A stretch of DNA of 64,000 nt, taken from Antedon mediterranea (taxonomy: Eukaryota > Animalia > Echinodermata). The stretch covers positions 35,452,388-35,516,387 of the forward strand of contig NC_092670.1 of assembly GCF_964355755.1 (NCBI RefSeq), given 5' to 3'. Below the pieces are notes generated by a model. It saw only the letters and a list, made by a program, of their open reading frames with translations. It searched no databases and was not told the DNA's origin. Numbering within the stretch: position 1 is the first letter of the stretch; every line of letters begins with the position of its first letter. Below are positions 27,625-39,894 of this stretch, one piece after another. Both the position numbers and the translations under genes were made by a program.

Positions 27625-28545
27625 AATGATAACGACAGTGGTGATGAGAGTAGCAATAGTGGTTATGATATACAGTAGTGATCATAATATCGGTGATAGT
27701 AGTGATGGTAAGTGATGAAAGTAGTGATTGTGGTGGTGATATAGTGATGATGATATCAATGATAGTGATGAAAGTAGTGATTATGGTGGTGATATAGTGA
27801 TGATGATATCGATGATAGTGATGAAAGTAGTGATTATGGTGGTGATATAGTGATGATGATATCGATGATAGTGATGAAAGTAGTGATTGTGGTGGTGATA
27901 TAGTGATGATGATATCGATGATAGTGATGAAAGTAGTGATTGTGGTGGTGATATAGTGATGATGATATTGATGATACAGTGATGAACGTAGTGATTGTGG
28001 TGGTGATATAGTGATGATGATATCGATGATAGTGATGAAAGTAGTGATTGTGGTGGTGATATAGTGATGATGATATTGATGATAGTGATGAAAATAGTGA
28101 TTGTGGTGGTGATATAGTGATGATGATATCGATTATAGTGATGAAAATAGTGATTGTGGTGGTGATATAGTGATGATGATATTGATGATAGTAATAATTG
28201 TGATGGAAGTGATGAAAATAGTGATAGTGGTGGAGGGTGATATAGTGACAATAATATTGATGATAGCAGTGATGATAATATTTATGATAGTAGCGATGAT
28301 AAGTGATGAACGTAGTAAAAGTAGTAATTAATAGAGGTGATAATATACTGTACAGTAGTGAAGAGAATATTTATGATAGTAGCGATGACAAGTGATGAAA
28401 GTAGTGATAGTGGTGATGATATAATGATGATGATATTGATGATACAGTGATGAACGTAGTAAAAGTAGTAATAATAGAGGTGATAATATACTGTACAGTA
28501 GTGATGATAATAGTTATGATAGTAGGCATAATAAACGGAAGATGT
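27625..28545. repeat. (GAT/GTG)-derived minisatellite, 53-bp core unit with degenerate flanks
   Basis: GATAGTGATGAAAGTAGTGATTGTGGTGGTGATATAGTGATGATGATATCGAT repeated with period 53 (e.g. 27761, 27814). Confidence 0.95.
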
Positions 28546-29210
28546 GATGATAGTGACAATGTTGCCGATGATTGGTGATGATAGTGACAATGTTGCCGAT
28601 GATTGGTGATGATAGTGACAATGTTGCCGATGATTGGTGATGATAGTGACAATGTTGCCGATGATTGGTGATGATAGTGACAATGTTGCCGATGATTGGT
28701 GATGATAGTGACAATGTTGCCGATGATTGGTGATGATAGTGACAATGTTGCCGATGATTGGTGATGATAGTGACAATGTTGCCGATGATTGGTGATGATA
28801 GTGACAATGTTGCCGATGATTGGTGATGATAGTGACAATAATGCCGATGATTGGTGATGATAGTGACAATGTTGCCGATGATTGGTGATGATAGTGACAA
28901 TTTTGCCGATGATTGGTGATGATAGTGACAATGTTGCCGATGATTGGTGATGATAGTGACAATGTTGCCGATGATTGGTGATGATAGTGACAATGTTGCC
29001 GATGATTGGTGATGATAGTGACAATGTTGCCGATGATTGGTGATGATAGTGACAATGTTGCCGATGATTGGTGATGATAAGTGACAATGTTGCCGATGAT
29101 TGGTGATGATAGTGACAATGTTGCCGATAATTGGTGATGATAGTGAGAATGTTGCCGATGATTGGTGATGATAGTGACAATGTTGCCGATCGTTGGTGAT
29201 GATAGTGATA
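28546..29210. repeat. 31-bp minisatellite, ~21 near-perfect copies
   Basis: GATAGTGACAATGTTGCCGATGATTGGTGAT, period 31 (28561, 28592, ...). Confidence 0.97.
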
Positions 29211-29468
29211 GCCTACAATCGTATGAATATGACCATTTGTTTGCCTGTCTATGGTTTGATTATTTCAGAGGACAAAAATTTCGTTTAGCCTTGAATTGCC
29301 CAAGGGTAATAACATTTACCTAGTTTTTAACAATGATTTATGTATTTCTTTATGATTACCATGGTAACCATTACATCGTACCTTTCATCACATATTTAAC
29401 AACGTTCCAACAGGTAACAGTTCATTTGGAAGAATTTGGAAATATTTTAAACAGAAACGAAACAAACA

Positions 29469-32400
29469 ATGGTAAGATTGAGTTATTTCATTTTTACGCT
29501 ATAGGCCTATTCTACAGTAAGACGAGAAATGTACTATCTAACGCAATGCGCAATTGAATCCGCGTCGTCGTAACAACATCATATTATGCGATTATCTTTG
29601 CAAACCTTTCTATTTTTTTGTTATGACTCTCCAATAAGGTTGAACCAAATTATTTAGGACAACAATTATGGGCCTATAATCTATGGTTGCTGGTTAGAGG
29701 TTACGTACTCATTCCGCCTGAACATTCAGCCTTTTCAAAATAATAACTATTTCTCAACTTTTGTAGGATATCTGGTATCACGGTGTTTTACTATTAGGCG
29801 TTGCTCTTTTTTCTTCTGTGGAATCAACTCACTTCCGCGGAGGGATACTTGGATGGAGACCCGCTGAAGACAACAACAAGGTAGGCCTAAGTCTGAAAGA
29901 ATTTATTTTAAAGAAAATAGTCGTTATTTACTTCAATAAACATAATTTCACTTACCATTGCAGCACTAATATATTGACATATCATCTAAACACGTATCCT
30001 ATTTTGTAAATAGTTAATGAACCAATTGAATTGAATATGTTACTCTAAATTTCAATACTTACGTGGCTAGTTTGATTTCTAATAAATCCAGATTGTAATC
30101 TTCTGGCAAGTCGCATGGCGTCGTTCTTGGGACACACAAACCACGCATTGTAACACGCGAGGTGAAGTAAAAAACGGAGAGGGTGTAATCAGGTGGTGTC
30201 AAGAAGAAGAATGTGATACTAGTGGTAGACCCTCGTCTGAATTGATCCACGGACCACTTGAGTTTGACTGTACCGATTTTAATGAGATTGAAGACTGGAG
30301 CACCGGAGTAGGCTCGTACGAGTACCAGTACACGCAAACTGAATTTACTATACAGTAAGTCTCTTAATTTGAAGTAGGCCTAACTACCAACTTTTAACGA
30401 AAGAATTAATTTTCTATACTAATTATGTCGACATAATACACTTAAGCTACACAATAGGGCCACGGATTCCGTTCTGCAAAACGTGCGTATGTGAACGCAG
30501 CGCCCGGAAAACGTAACTAACACGGCTCAGTGTGAACGTACGGTTTCAAGTATAATAGCCAAAATATAATTTATATTATATATTAAAAATAAGAAAGCAT
30601 TCAAGTCTTTAAATCATCATACTAATACTGATTATCTGCAGCTCTCTTACCGATGACAAAAAAAAAAACGCTGATGGTGCTTGCGTACAAGTGTGACGTT
30701 TAAGCTAGGTTCTCACTATGACGTAAGCACAACGTTAGACTTGCCCCAAGTCTGTAGTTATTTCAACGCTTTTCAATGTTTGTCTGAAATACAGTGGTAT
30801 ACATATGAAACGCCGTATGTGCCAAATTTATTTTTTTACTAATATTAAGTCAAAACTCCAGACTAGCACAACGTAAGCCAATGACAAGAGAATGTTCAGA
30901 TAATCAATCGCTTGTGATTGGTCAGATCACTTTTGCTGCGCCCTTGCTTTGGGTCTCTAGTGTGGGAATCAATCATTAAGCGTGGTTCCCACTAGCGACG
31001 CAAGTGAATTGACCAATCACAAGCGATGGCTTATTCGCTTGTGATTGCTAACTGTCTATAACTTCGCTTGTCATTGGTTAAAACGCTTGCGTTGCGTTTA
31101 CGTCCTTGCGTTACGTTCTAGTGGGAACCAAGCTTACGCGTGGTTCCCACTAGCGACGCAACACAACGACGTAACGCAACGCAAGTGAGTTGACCAATCA
31201 CAAGCGATGGCTTATTCGCTTGTGATTGCTAACTGTCTATAACTTCGCTTGTCATTGGTTGAAACGTTTGCGTTGCGTTTACGTCTTTGCGTTACGTTTT
31301 TATTTTATGTCTTTAGGCAATGTTGCCAAGGATTACCAATAGTGAATTAATCACTGTCCTATCAGATAGGTGGTAATCCCCCTGATACAGGGGCTATTGT
31401 GTGAACCAGTTCACCGGGGTAACCCCTTACGTTCTAGTGGGAACCAAGCTTTAGCGTTGCGCTTACGTCAATACGTTGCGTCCAAGAGTGGCTCTGGAAT
31501 GTGTCACTTTTCATCTGGTTGTGTTCAGGCAGTGACCACATCACGTTTACTAATCTAAAAGTATTTAGTTTGTAACATTTCTTACAATACAGTGACCAAA
31601 GGTTTATTTCAAAATACATCATATTTACTATTATAGTATACTACTTTTCAGGTACGCGCCACTTTATTCTAATAGCTACTGGATAAATCTTCAAAATTAT
31701 GGAGACGCACAAAAATGGAAACTGGTCTCTAAAGTAAACATATCGGTGAGAGCCGATAAAGAAGGACGACTTAATTCATCACCGATTACATCTATGATAC
31801 CAGTCATCAAGGTACAAGAGGGTTGTAGTAGCACAATAAATATTCCAGGTAAGGAGTTACAGTATATGTGAAGTGAATAATATGGTATCCTTAAGGCCAA
31901 CTCCGACACTGTCGTACGACGAGGCCTGACGAAACGTCTTGACTCGTCGGTGCTATCTGAGTTGAATCACGACGAGACGAGTCATCTTGAGATAACGACG
32001 GACTTTGTTTTTATGTCGTCGGAAGAACATTGAACACGTCGTATTTTCTCCCGACGAGGCGACTCGTCGGGCCTCGTCGTAGGACACTGTCTGAGTTGGC
32101 CTTAATTCAATTGGTTCTCAAACAATAATTTGTGACCAAACGAATTGTTAATGCCTCGGACGTGCACGAGTTCTATCACGCGTGATACCATGAAATGATC
32201 ATCTACGCACAGTACGTTTACATATATTCCATTTTCCAGTCCATCCCGTTCACGTTAGTTTAAATGAACTAAAACAATTAAAACATATTGGACTGTAACA
32301 TTAAAGATGTATTCGTTCCACTGAAAAAACTATTTTTTTAATATGTCATTTTAATGTCGCATTTATTCTGTTTGACCAAAAATTGGATCGAAAACAAAAA

Positions 32401-35400
32401 TATTTACCTGAAAAAACTGTGATTTAAAGAAAAAAAAAGGTCAAATTGGCTGACAGCCAATTGGTTTTTGGGTAGAAGTTACCAGTTTATTTTGTCTTCT
32501 TATAAGTGAAAACATTGTCGTTTTTTTTTTATACGGAAGTGATTAACTTGATTAAAACTACAAACTGACATTTTTATTTTATCAATTTTCATTGTTCATG
32601 TTCTTGGGGGACAATACATATATATATATATAAACTTTAATTAGACACGAGACTGATGTGCAGTACAACACATCTTTAACTCAGCGATAACATCATAATT
32701 ACTAAATATTTAATAGATAGCCTCTTTTCTAATTTTTGCTCACTATTAAAAAACCCAAATGTTTTTAAAGCACGTGATCCGGACGGTGACGTTGTCCGTT
32801 GTCGGTGGGCAGATGATAGTAAAAAGGAGTGCCCTGATCCTGTGAACGGTGCACGTGTTTGTGGTCCTCTGTCAGACGACAGCTATCTTGACCCGGTAAG
32901 GATACGAATGTACCATGTTTAGTTCGTTATTTAATGTTGTCTTTTCATTAGCAGTTTTAATGAAGGGACAGTTGATGTTGTAATGACATTTAATGATCAT
33001 CCGGACATAGCATGCCTCCATGTATACAGTGATAATAACAACACGTATACACACAAGTTACGTACCGGTACGTCTCAACAATGCAGTACCACTTTTTAGA
33101 CGCTTATCGTTTTAGTTTCTTTGTTTGCAGGACACGTGTCAAATCACATTTAATGCTACGGGTAATCCAGGATGGTACGCTGTGTCCGTCATAATTGAAG
33201 ACTTTGCATTAAAGAACTCCACGGAAGCAATCAGTCAAATACCACTTCAATTTCTCATTAAAGTGTTCCCACTGTGTAAGTCAAGCCTAAAGTGACCATC
33301 CCAGTTACTCACAAGGCGAACTTTAAACTTCCGCACCTATTAGCTGCTTTCACATAACCGAATGTTTATTGCGCCCCGTAGTGAGAACTAACAAAACAAT
33401 AAGTCTAAACTCGTACAGTGTATAAGACGAGACTTGTGAATTCCATTTATTTTTGTTTAAATTACAGCCGACATTTGCAGAAAAATTTCTATAATCGAGC
33501 CAACTGGATCATGTGACATCATCAGACCAGGTGAACATTGGCAAATGGATATAGTAGCCAAACCCGCAAGACCATCTGTTGAGTAAGTGTGTCTACTAAT
33601 TAGTATGGGTTCCATACGGGGTTTTGACTTAATATTAGTAAAAAGGTAAAGATTTTGGCACATATGGCGTTTCATACGTATACTACTTGAGCTTGTATTT
33701 TTAGACAAAAAATCGAAAAAAAAAAAAAAATTTAAATAAAAAAGACAATAAATACAGACTTTGGGACAAGTCTATTTACTATTAAACGCTTTGAATTTAG
33801 TTTCAGGTGGTACTGGCATACCACCAGGTGACATTTACTGCAGTAACGCAGGTTGTTATAAATGACACACATTTTTGTAATTATATTGATAAATTAATGT
33901 ATTATTGTTCATCTAGTATTACGCAGATTTCGACTTCCTCTCCATCCAACGTGGCTAAGACGTCCCTCATGCAGTATAATACGGGTACTGAAACACTATA
34001 CAACGTCACGTTGGCGTGGACACCGACAGACAACGATATCGGTGAACACTTTGTTTGCTTCTTTGCTACCGATGACGACGGGTTAGTAGAATTACATGTT
34101 CACTTTCAATATACATCAATAACTAAACGTATAAACCTGACTCCATAAAAATTTTAAAATCCAGAAGCATTTTTACTGAAACTAAATTTACGACGCTTCT
34201 CATGTTCGACAGTTTGGCGCGCCATACGTAAAGCCCCGTCTACACTCAAACTTTATGTGACAAAAAATGTGATGTGCCCATATATGGATATGATGATAAT
34301 GTCAAACCATATTAGGCATATCACTACCATATTTGGATACATCACACAGACAGAGCCTTAGATAGCCTAATATCGGGTAAATCTAAAGAACTAATCTCAA
34401 AGATGCTGAGCATTGTTAATAATAATAACAAAACAGAGATATGAACAATTATTATTTATATTTTCAGGGTCTCATCTGATCAACAATGTGTTACATTGAT
34501 TGTCACAAGTGAGATTTTTTAATATCATTTTTACGCTCGAGTTCATTATTATTTTGTATTCTCTCCTTTAAAAGCATACTTATGAATTTCCATACATAAA
34601 TACAGATTCTTTCGAGGACTGTCTTGTTCTGTTGGTTTTTCCACTTTTCCATATCTAAATTCATAACAAGGTCTATTGCTCAAAAACAGATTCTTATTTA
34701 AAGTTTTTTCCGGTTTTTTTAAATATTTTATTTTACATATTATAGTAATTATATAAATCGTAAAAATGTCCAAAATAGGATCTTTAAATAGAAAGTATTT
34801 CATACATTTTTACAATTATTTAGACGAACAACTTACCCCGCCTTCATTGTTGCCGAGTGAGTCTGTGCCGAACGATAGGATACCTTTAAACCCCGAAGCC
34901 GAGGAGATGATATTCGTATTTAGTACCAAGGTAAGAATGCAGATCCGTTGTATACGTCGTGAGCCACACCCCGTGTATACGGGGCGCCGTATAGACACAA
35001 AAATATGCATGCATGTTAACTACAAATAATACTTTTTATAGTGGTTTTTCTTCCATTTATTATTTACAAATAGCATTTCATATCTGAATGTATATACAAA
35101 CTATACCATGTTGATAGATTAATGAGTGAAGTCAGTTAACTTCGTAATTGCATTCTTTCTTGTGTACACTAGATACAGCGACCAAAACAATCTAAGTACG
35201 TGTCAATATATAAGTTCCGTGGTGATACCTCGCGCCGGATTGCACGATATGATACGTCTCGGTCTAGACGAGTGCAGTTTCCTGAAGATGAGCCAACAAC
35301 TGTAAGAATCAATATCACTAACCTCAACCTACGGCATGACCGCATTTACTATGTCGAGTTGGACAGTGCAATCGTTCTAGGCCACTACAGCGACTCGTGC

Positions 35401-38400
35401 TCAGCCACGAGACCTAACGATGGCGCAATGTGGTTTTTTGCTACAGGTAAGCTAAACGCTATTACCACTAGATTGAATCTATGACATGACCACGGATACA
35501 TTTCCATATAAAAAAGGATCTTCAAATCGTGTGGGACCTAATTACATGTTTTTGTGAATATTTGTTCAAAATCTGATCCCGTTATCGTGCTACAATTATT
35601 ATCCTACGCACTGAAAATGTATACATTCTTGAATACACGTGCCTTAAGCTCTGTCACAAACTTAATGTGACAAAAAATGTGACGTGCCCTTATAGACATT
35701 ATGATGTCATATCACTACCATGTTTTGACATGTCACTACCATATTTAGGCACATCTCACTTTTTGCCAAACTGTATGATATTGTAGTCAGAGCTTGAGTC
35801 CAAGGTGTTAGAGCACAGTAGAAAACCTCCTTCAGGAAACTCCTATTCAGTAGAAACGTGAAATAAAGGGACAATTTTCCATGAATCAAACGAGGGAAAA
35901 AATATGTTTTAACACTACGGTAAACCCTAAGGAGCACCCTATTAAAGGGATACATTGTTGGTCATGATTGTGTTTGGAGACTCTCCTGCTCAAAATCAAA
36001 TTATAATTCTAAATTAGCCGAAGAACCAACAACTACAGTACCACCGACAACAACCACTATGCCACCGACAACAACAACTATGCCACCGACAACAACCACT
36101 ATGCCACCGCCAACCCCAGAAGCCATCACTGCACCGGTAGCTGAATGTAGCAGCTCTGGTATTCGGGTCCTTGTTCCTAAACTTATCGTAGGTGATGTAG
36201 ATCCAGGACATTTACATTTCAATGACCCGAATTGCATTGGTCTATCTGCTAACAGGAGCGTTATATTAATGGAAACTGGTTACGATAGATGCGGAACAAT
36301 CACAAGAGTAAGTCAAACCTTTAAAACAAATTATTCATAAGAAAATAAATGCTTTTAAAATCTAATAAACTATACGATGTAATTGTTTCATAATTGTGAT
36401 TAATTGTAATTGTTTTAAGGTAAAGCCTAGTGGACGCGTTAGATACTTGAACACAATTTTCTCAGAGCCACTGCCTGTAACCGATACACGCATAACACGA
36501 GAGCGGGAAATTCAAATAAACATTGTCTGCGAAACGAGTGCAGATGGTGTTATTCACGCAGTTTTTGATCCTGATACGTCACCACTTGTCTTTGATATTC
36601 GTGAGACGGCTTCCTTTAACTTTGCACTTCATATGTTTCACGATGAAACTTTCCTGGAGCCCTACACGGCACTGGATTACCCTATTCCCGTACAGCTACG
36701 TGAGCGTCTGTACTTCTCTGTTAGAGCATCAAATCCAGGATTACATATCAGCATAGATAGTTGTAAAGCTACACCCCAGGCTGATCCAGCTGCTCAGGAT
36801 TATTTCTACTTCATTCTCAATCGGTACGTAAACTAATCCATATCTCTCTAACCCATATTTCACGTAAGGGCGTGTGGCGCATTGTGTTGGACGTTTGACT
36901 ACTGATCGTGAGATCGAGGTTCGAATCTAACTCTCACCGCATTGCTTGTATCCTTAGGCAAGATACTTTACTTACCTTTGCCTCTCTCCACCCAGGTGTA
37001 TAAATGGGAACCCAATTAGATCAAGACACAACTTTGCGCAGATTACTAGCTGCATTATGGGAGTACGTTTAATCCCAAAAAAAATGACTGGGGTAATAAT
37101 GTTCAGCGCTTAAAGGTTTCATAACATTATGCGCTATATAAATCCAGGATAATATTATTATTATTACTTCAGTTTGGTAATCAACCTTCATACTACTTAA
37201 TAAAACGCCCTAATAACTCTTATTTAAAAAAAAACATTGTCTTCCTATACTCATTATAACTATACACTTACTATTTGTTTTTACGACAGTTGTTTTGAAG
37301 ATAGTACTGTAGAACTACACCAGTCACCGTCATTGTCGGAAGTGAGGTTCTCAATCGAGTCTTTTGAATTTCATCGACATGGGATGTTGGACACGGTAAA
37401 GAAAACATATTAATTCCTTTAAAAGTATGTGACAGCTGAATCTTCATTCCTAGTACACCTTTTCGTACCCTTTAGAAAGATGGTTTTGTTATATTACGTC
37501 ATTCATCTGCATTGAGGAAATTAAGCCCGTTGTGGACCCATGTCAGCCACAGTACAGCGCCTATCATGAACAAACGACTATTAGGAGTAAAGGGCCTTTC
37601 ACACCTGCTCCGGCACGGTTCCGGTCCGGCGCCGGAACAGGTGTGAACGACCCTTAAGATGGATCAGTGCACCGGGGTAGCTCTCTCCCAAATGATACAC
37701 TGGTTTCTTTGCATTCGATCAGTCAGGTGTGTACACTGGATCTTTAGTCTTGGAGTATTGTTCTACTAACAGAACAATTAGTCGTGGGGAGCCTTAAATC
37801 GGTGCCGATACTACAGTTATGGTTGGTTTGTCCGGAGCCTGAGTTAACCGCTCGATCAGAAAATTCGACTGCTTTTTTATTCTCTATTCAAGGCAAGACA
37901 TAATGTTCATCTAGGGTGGTACAATGCCATAGTAGTACCTCTTAATCAACATGAAAGCACCACTGTCAAGGAACCTAGATTACTTTACATTTCAAAATGA
38001 CGAATATTTAGAAAAAAAAACATTAACGCCCTTTTTTTTAAATTCAGATTTTCATCAGCTGTGATGTAAACATTTGCTCACAAAACGATGTCAATTCAGT
38101 TTGCCAGCAAGGATGTTCAGAAGATTTAGACGACCAATTAGAAATAAGTGATGATGCCACTCGAGGTGATGGTCCTCTCCGCAAACGCCGGTCCAGTGTC
38201 AATTCCAACGCTGAAATCGAACATAGCGCACGCATACCCTTGATGTTTGCTGCAAGTAATGAACAAAGTAAGAATTCGGTTAAGCGTGGTTCCCACTAGC
38301 GACGCAACGCAAGGACGTAACGCAACGCAAGTGAATTGACCAATCACAAGCGATGGCTTATTCGCTTGTGATTGCTGTCTATAACTTCGCTTGTCATTGG

Positions 38401-38948
38401 TTAAAACGCTTGCGTTGCGTTCGAGTGGGAACCAAGCTTTAAACATTATATTCTTCCTTTTCTTTATGTAAATACGTTTATGAATTAAAAGGAAAAAGTC
38501 TGCGTATTTATGGTGAAGTATAGGTATAATACTGTATATTCACCTAACGGTGGAATGCGTGTCGCGGCCAAACAGTCAATCAACACTGTGTTCCTTCAAT
38601 TACGAATATATTGGTCTATGAAAACACTTTCATCGATTGTAAGGCTCTGAGTTTCTTATTAATAAACCATGTGGCCACATTTATAGTAAATGAAATGTAA
38701 ATCAGTTGCTTGCTCTTGCAGAATCTGGTGACACGGTGACTTCTAATACTGGACTGTTTGACATCACAGTACTGGTGGTTAACATCTGTCTCCTTGTCAT
38801 CGTTAGTGTTGCCACGGTTGTCGGCATCAAGCTAACAAGAAAGCTAACCCGCTTCAAACAAAGCAGCGACAATACGCATGTGGAGGAGACAAAGGCCACT
38901 AAATCCATTATGAGATATGATAATAAAAGCTATGAGATTGATATTTAG
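29469..38948 (+). CDS. Gene C: type I membrane protein, Sib-like N-terminal region + Ig-like + SbsA/Big_5-like + Thr-rich stalk + ZP domain + furin site + TM (~931 aa)
   Basis: 16 coding exons: 29469-29471 (ATG|gtaag), 29767-29880, 30092-30354, 31652-31848, 32771-32895, 33131-33275, 33468-33582, 33917-34081, 34468-34508, 34824-34930, 35173-35446, 36018-36307, 36420-36823, 37290-37395, 38048-38267, 38722-38948; total 2796 nt. Signal MDIWYHGVLLLGVALFSSVES followed by THFRGGILGWRP. ZP domain has 10 Cys and the motifs YPIPVQLRERLYF, IDSCKATP, RFSIESFEF, IFISCDVNIC. RKRR at 38180-38191; TM ITVLVVNICLLVIVSVATVVGI. Confidence 0.93.
30979..31298 (+). mobile_element. Second tandem dimer of H1 MITE (second unit truncated; orphan right end at ~31426-31450)
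   Basis: Same sequence and same AGCTTACGCGTGG junction (31131-31143) as the 21683 dimer. Confidence 0.85.
31894..32102. mobile_element. Harbinger-like MITE
   Basis: AGGCCAACTCCGACACTGTCGTACGACGAGGCC ... GGCCTCGTCGTAGGACACTGTCTGAGTTGGCCT with TTA/TAA flanks. Confidence 0.75.
32305..32636. mobile_element. Kolobok-like non-autonomous element; right TIR interrupted by (TA)n
   Basis: TTAA|AGATGTATT ... GGGGGACAATACA(TA)n..CT|TTAA; internal similarity to 50672-51001. Confidence 0.65.
36868..37168 (+). mobile_element. tRNA-derived SINE with conserved central domain and L2-like tail
   Basis: A-box-like GTGGCGCATTGTG and B-box GGTTCGAATC; central TCCTTAGGCAAGATACTT..CTCCACCCAGGTGTATAAATGGG; 3' AGCGCT..GCGCTATATAAAT and (ATT)n. 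Confidence 0.75.
38283..38438 (+). mobile_element. H1 MITE, 15 nt downstream of a splice donor
   Basis: TTA|AGCGTGGTTCCCACTAG ... AGTGGGAACCAAGCT|TTA. Confidence 0.88.
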
Positions 38949-39894
38949 TACGGTAACGAAAAGAAAACATTAAATATGTTTCTTCTTTTCATGAAATGTC
39001 TTTAATGGTCAATGATGTTAAACTTTTCTTATTTAAAACGTGTCACTAGTGTAGGCCTACATGCTTTGCTCAGCAATTCAAATTTATTTGTAGTTTTTTA
39101 TCCAGTGATATGATACGGTATAGCTTGGTCTAGGCCTAATATTAATAAAATGTTTGTATGCAATCTATACAGTCTACGGTATTCGCTGGAATAATAATGG
39201 TATAACAAAAATCGGGTCAGATAATATACTCTAGGTAGGTGTTCCACCTTCCTTCTATAGTTCACGTCACCAGGTGTACTTGGGTGAACTATTTTTGAAA
39301 GGAGGTCCGATAGAACCGGTTGCCAAAGAGTTGTGGAGCTACCGAATGAGAATGACCAATGACCTGGCATGATCAATATAATGGTCAATTTATAGGCCTA
39401 ATGTACGTTGGATGATACAATACAACATTGTCAAAATATTCGTATTTTAATTAGCACAAATGACGTGAGTTTCCACGAATGAGACGCTCCATGGCCAAGA
39501 ACGAAGACATTGGCATTTTTATTCGGCACACCGAATAATTAAGCTCAATAATTCGAGCAAAATGTTAGTAATGCGTCTTTTGCAGAAGAGCCGACACTTA
39601 TACCTGTTGAATCCCGCCCTCAACCATTTTCACATGGTCTAACGATTGTATTGTGTTATTGTGGTCTATCGGTAAAACTCTATTGTGTTTACTATTTTGG
39701 TTAACAATCGGACAATAAGCCTCATGTATTGAACGTACGTTGATACTTATGAGTGATTAAACGGAAACGAAGCGAAATCTCACAGTATGAGCTATCGAAG
39801 AATGTAGATAACGGCCTAGATAATATCATTAAAAAGAAAGCCGTGTTTACATAAGGAAGAAACGGGTTTAAATCTGCTAAGGGAAACAGCTACG

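Noticed and set aside
27781-29180. Long His/Ile/Ser-rich minus-strand ORFs (156-278 aa)
   Set aside because: They are translations of the 53-bp and 31-bp minisatellites; periods are not multiples of 3 and the same peptide appears in all frames.
28546-29210. CRISPR-like 31-bp repeats
   Set aside because: The repeats are contiguous with no unique spacers, there are no cas genes, and the context is eukaryotic.
36868-36940. tRNA gene
   Set aside because: No proper cloverleaf, and it continues into a SINE body and tail. The same applies at ~3930-4000.
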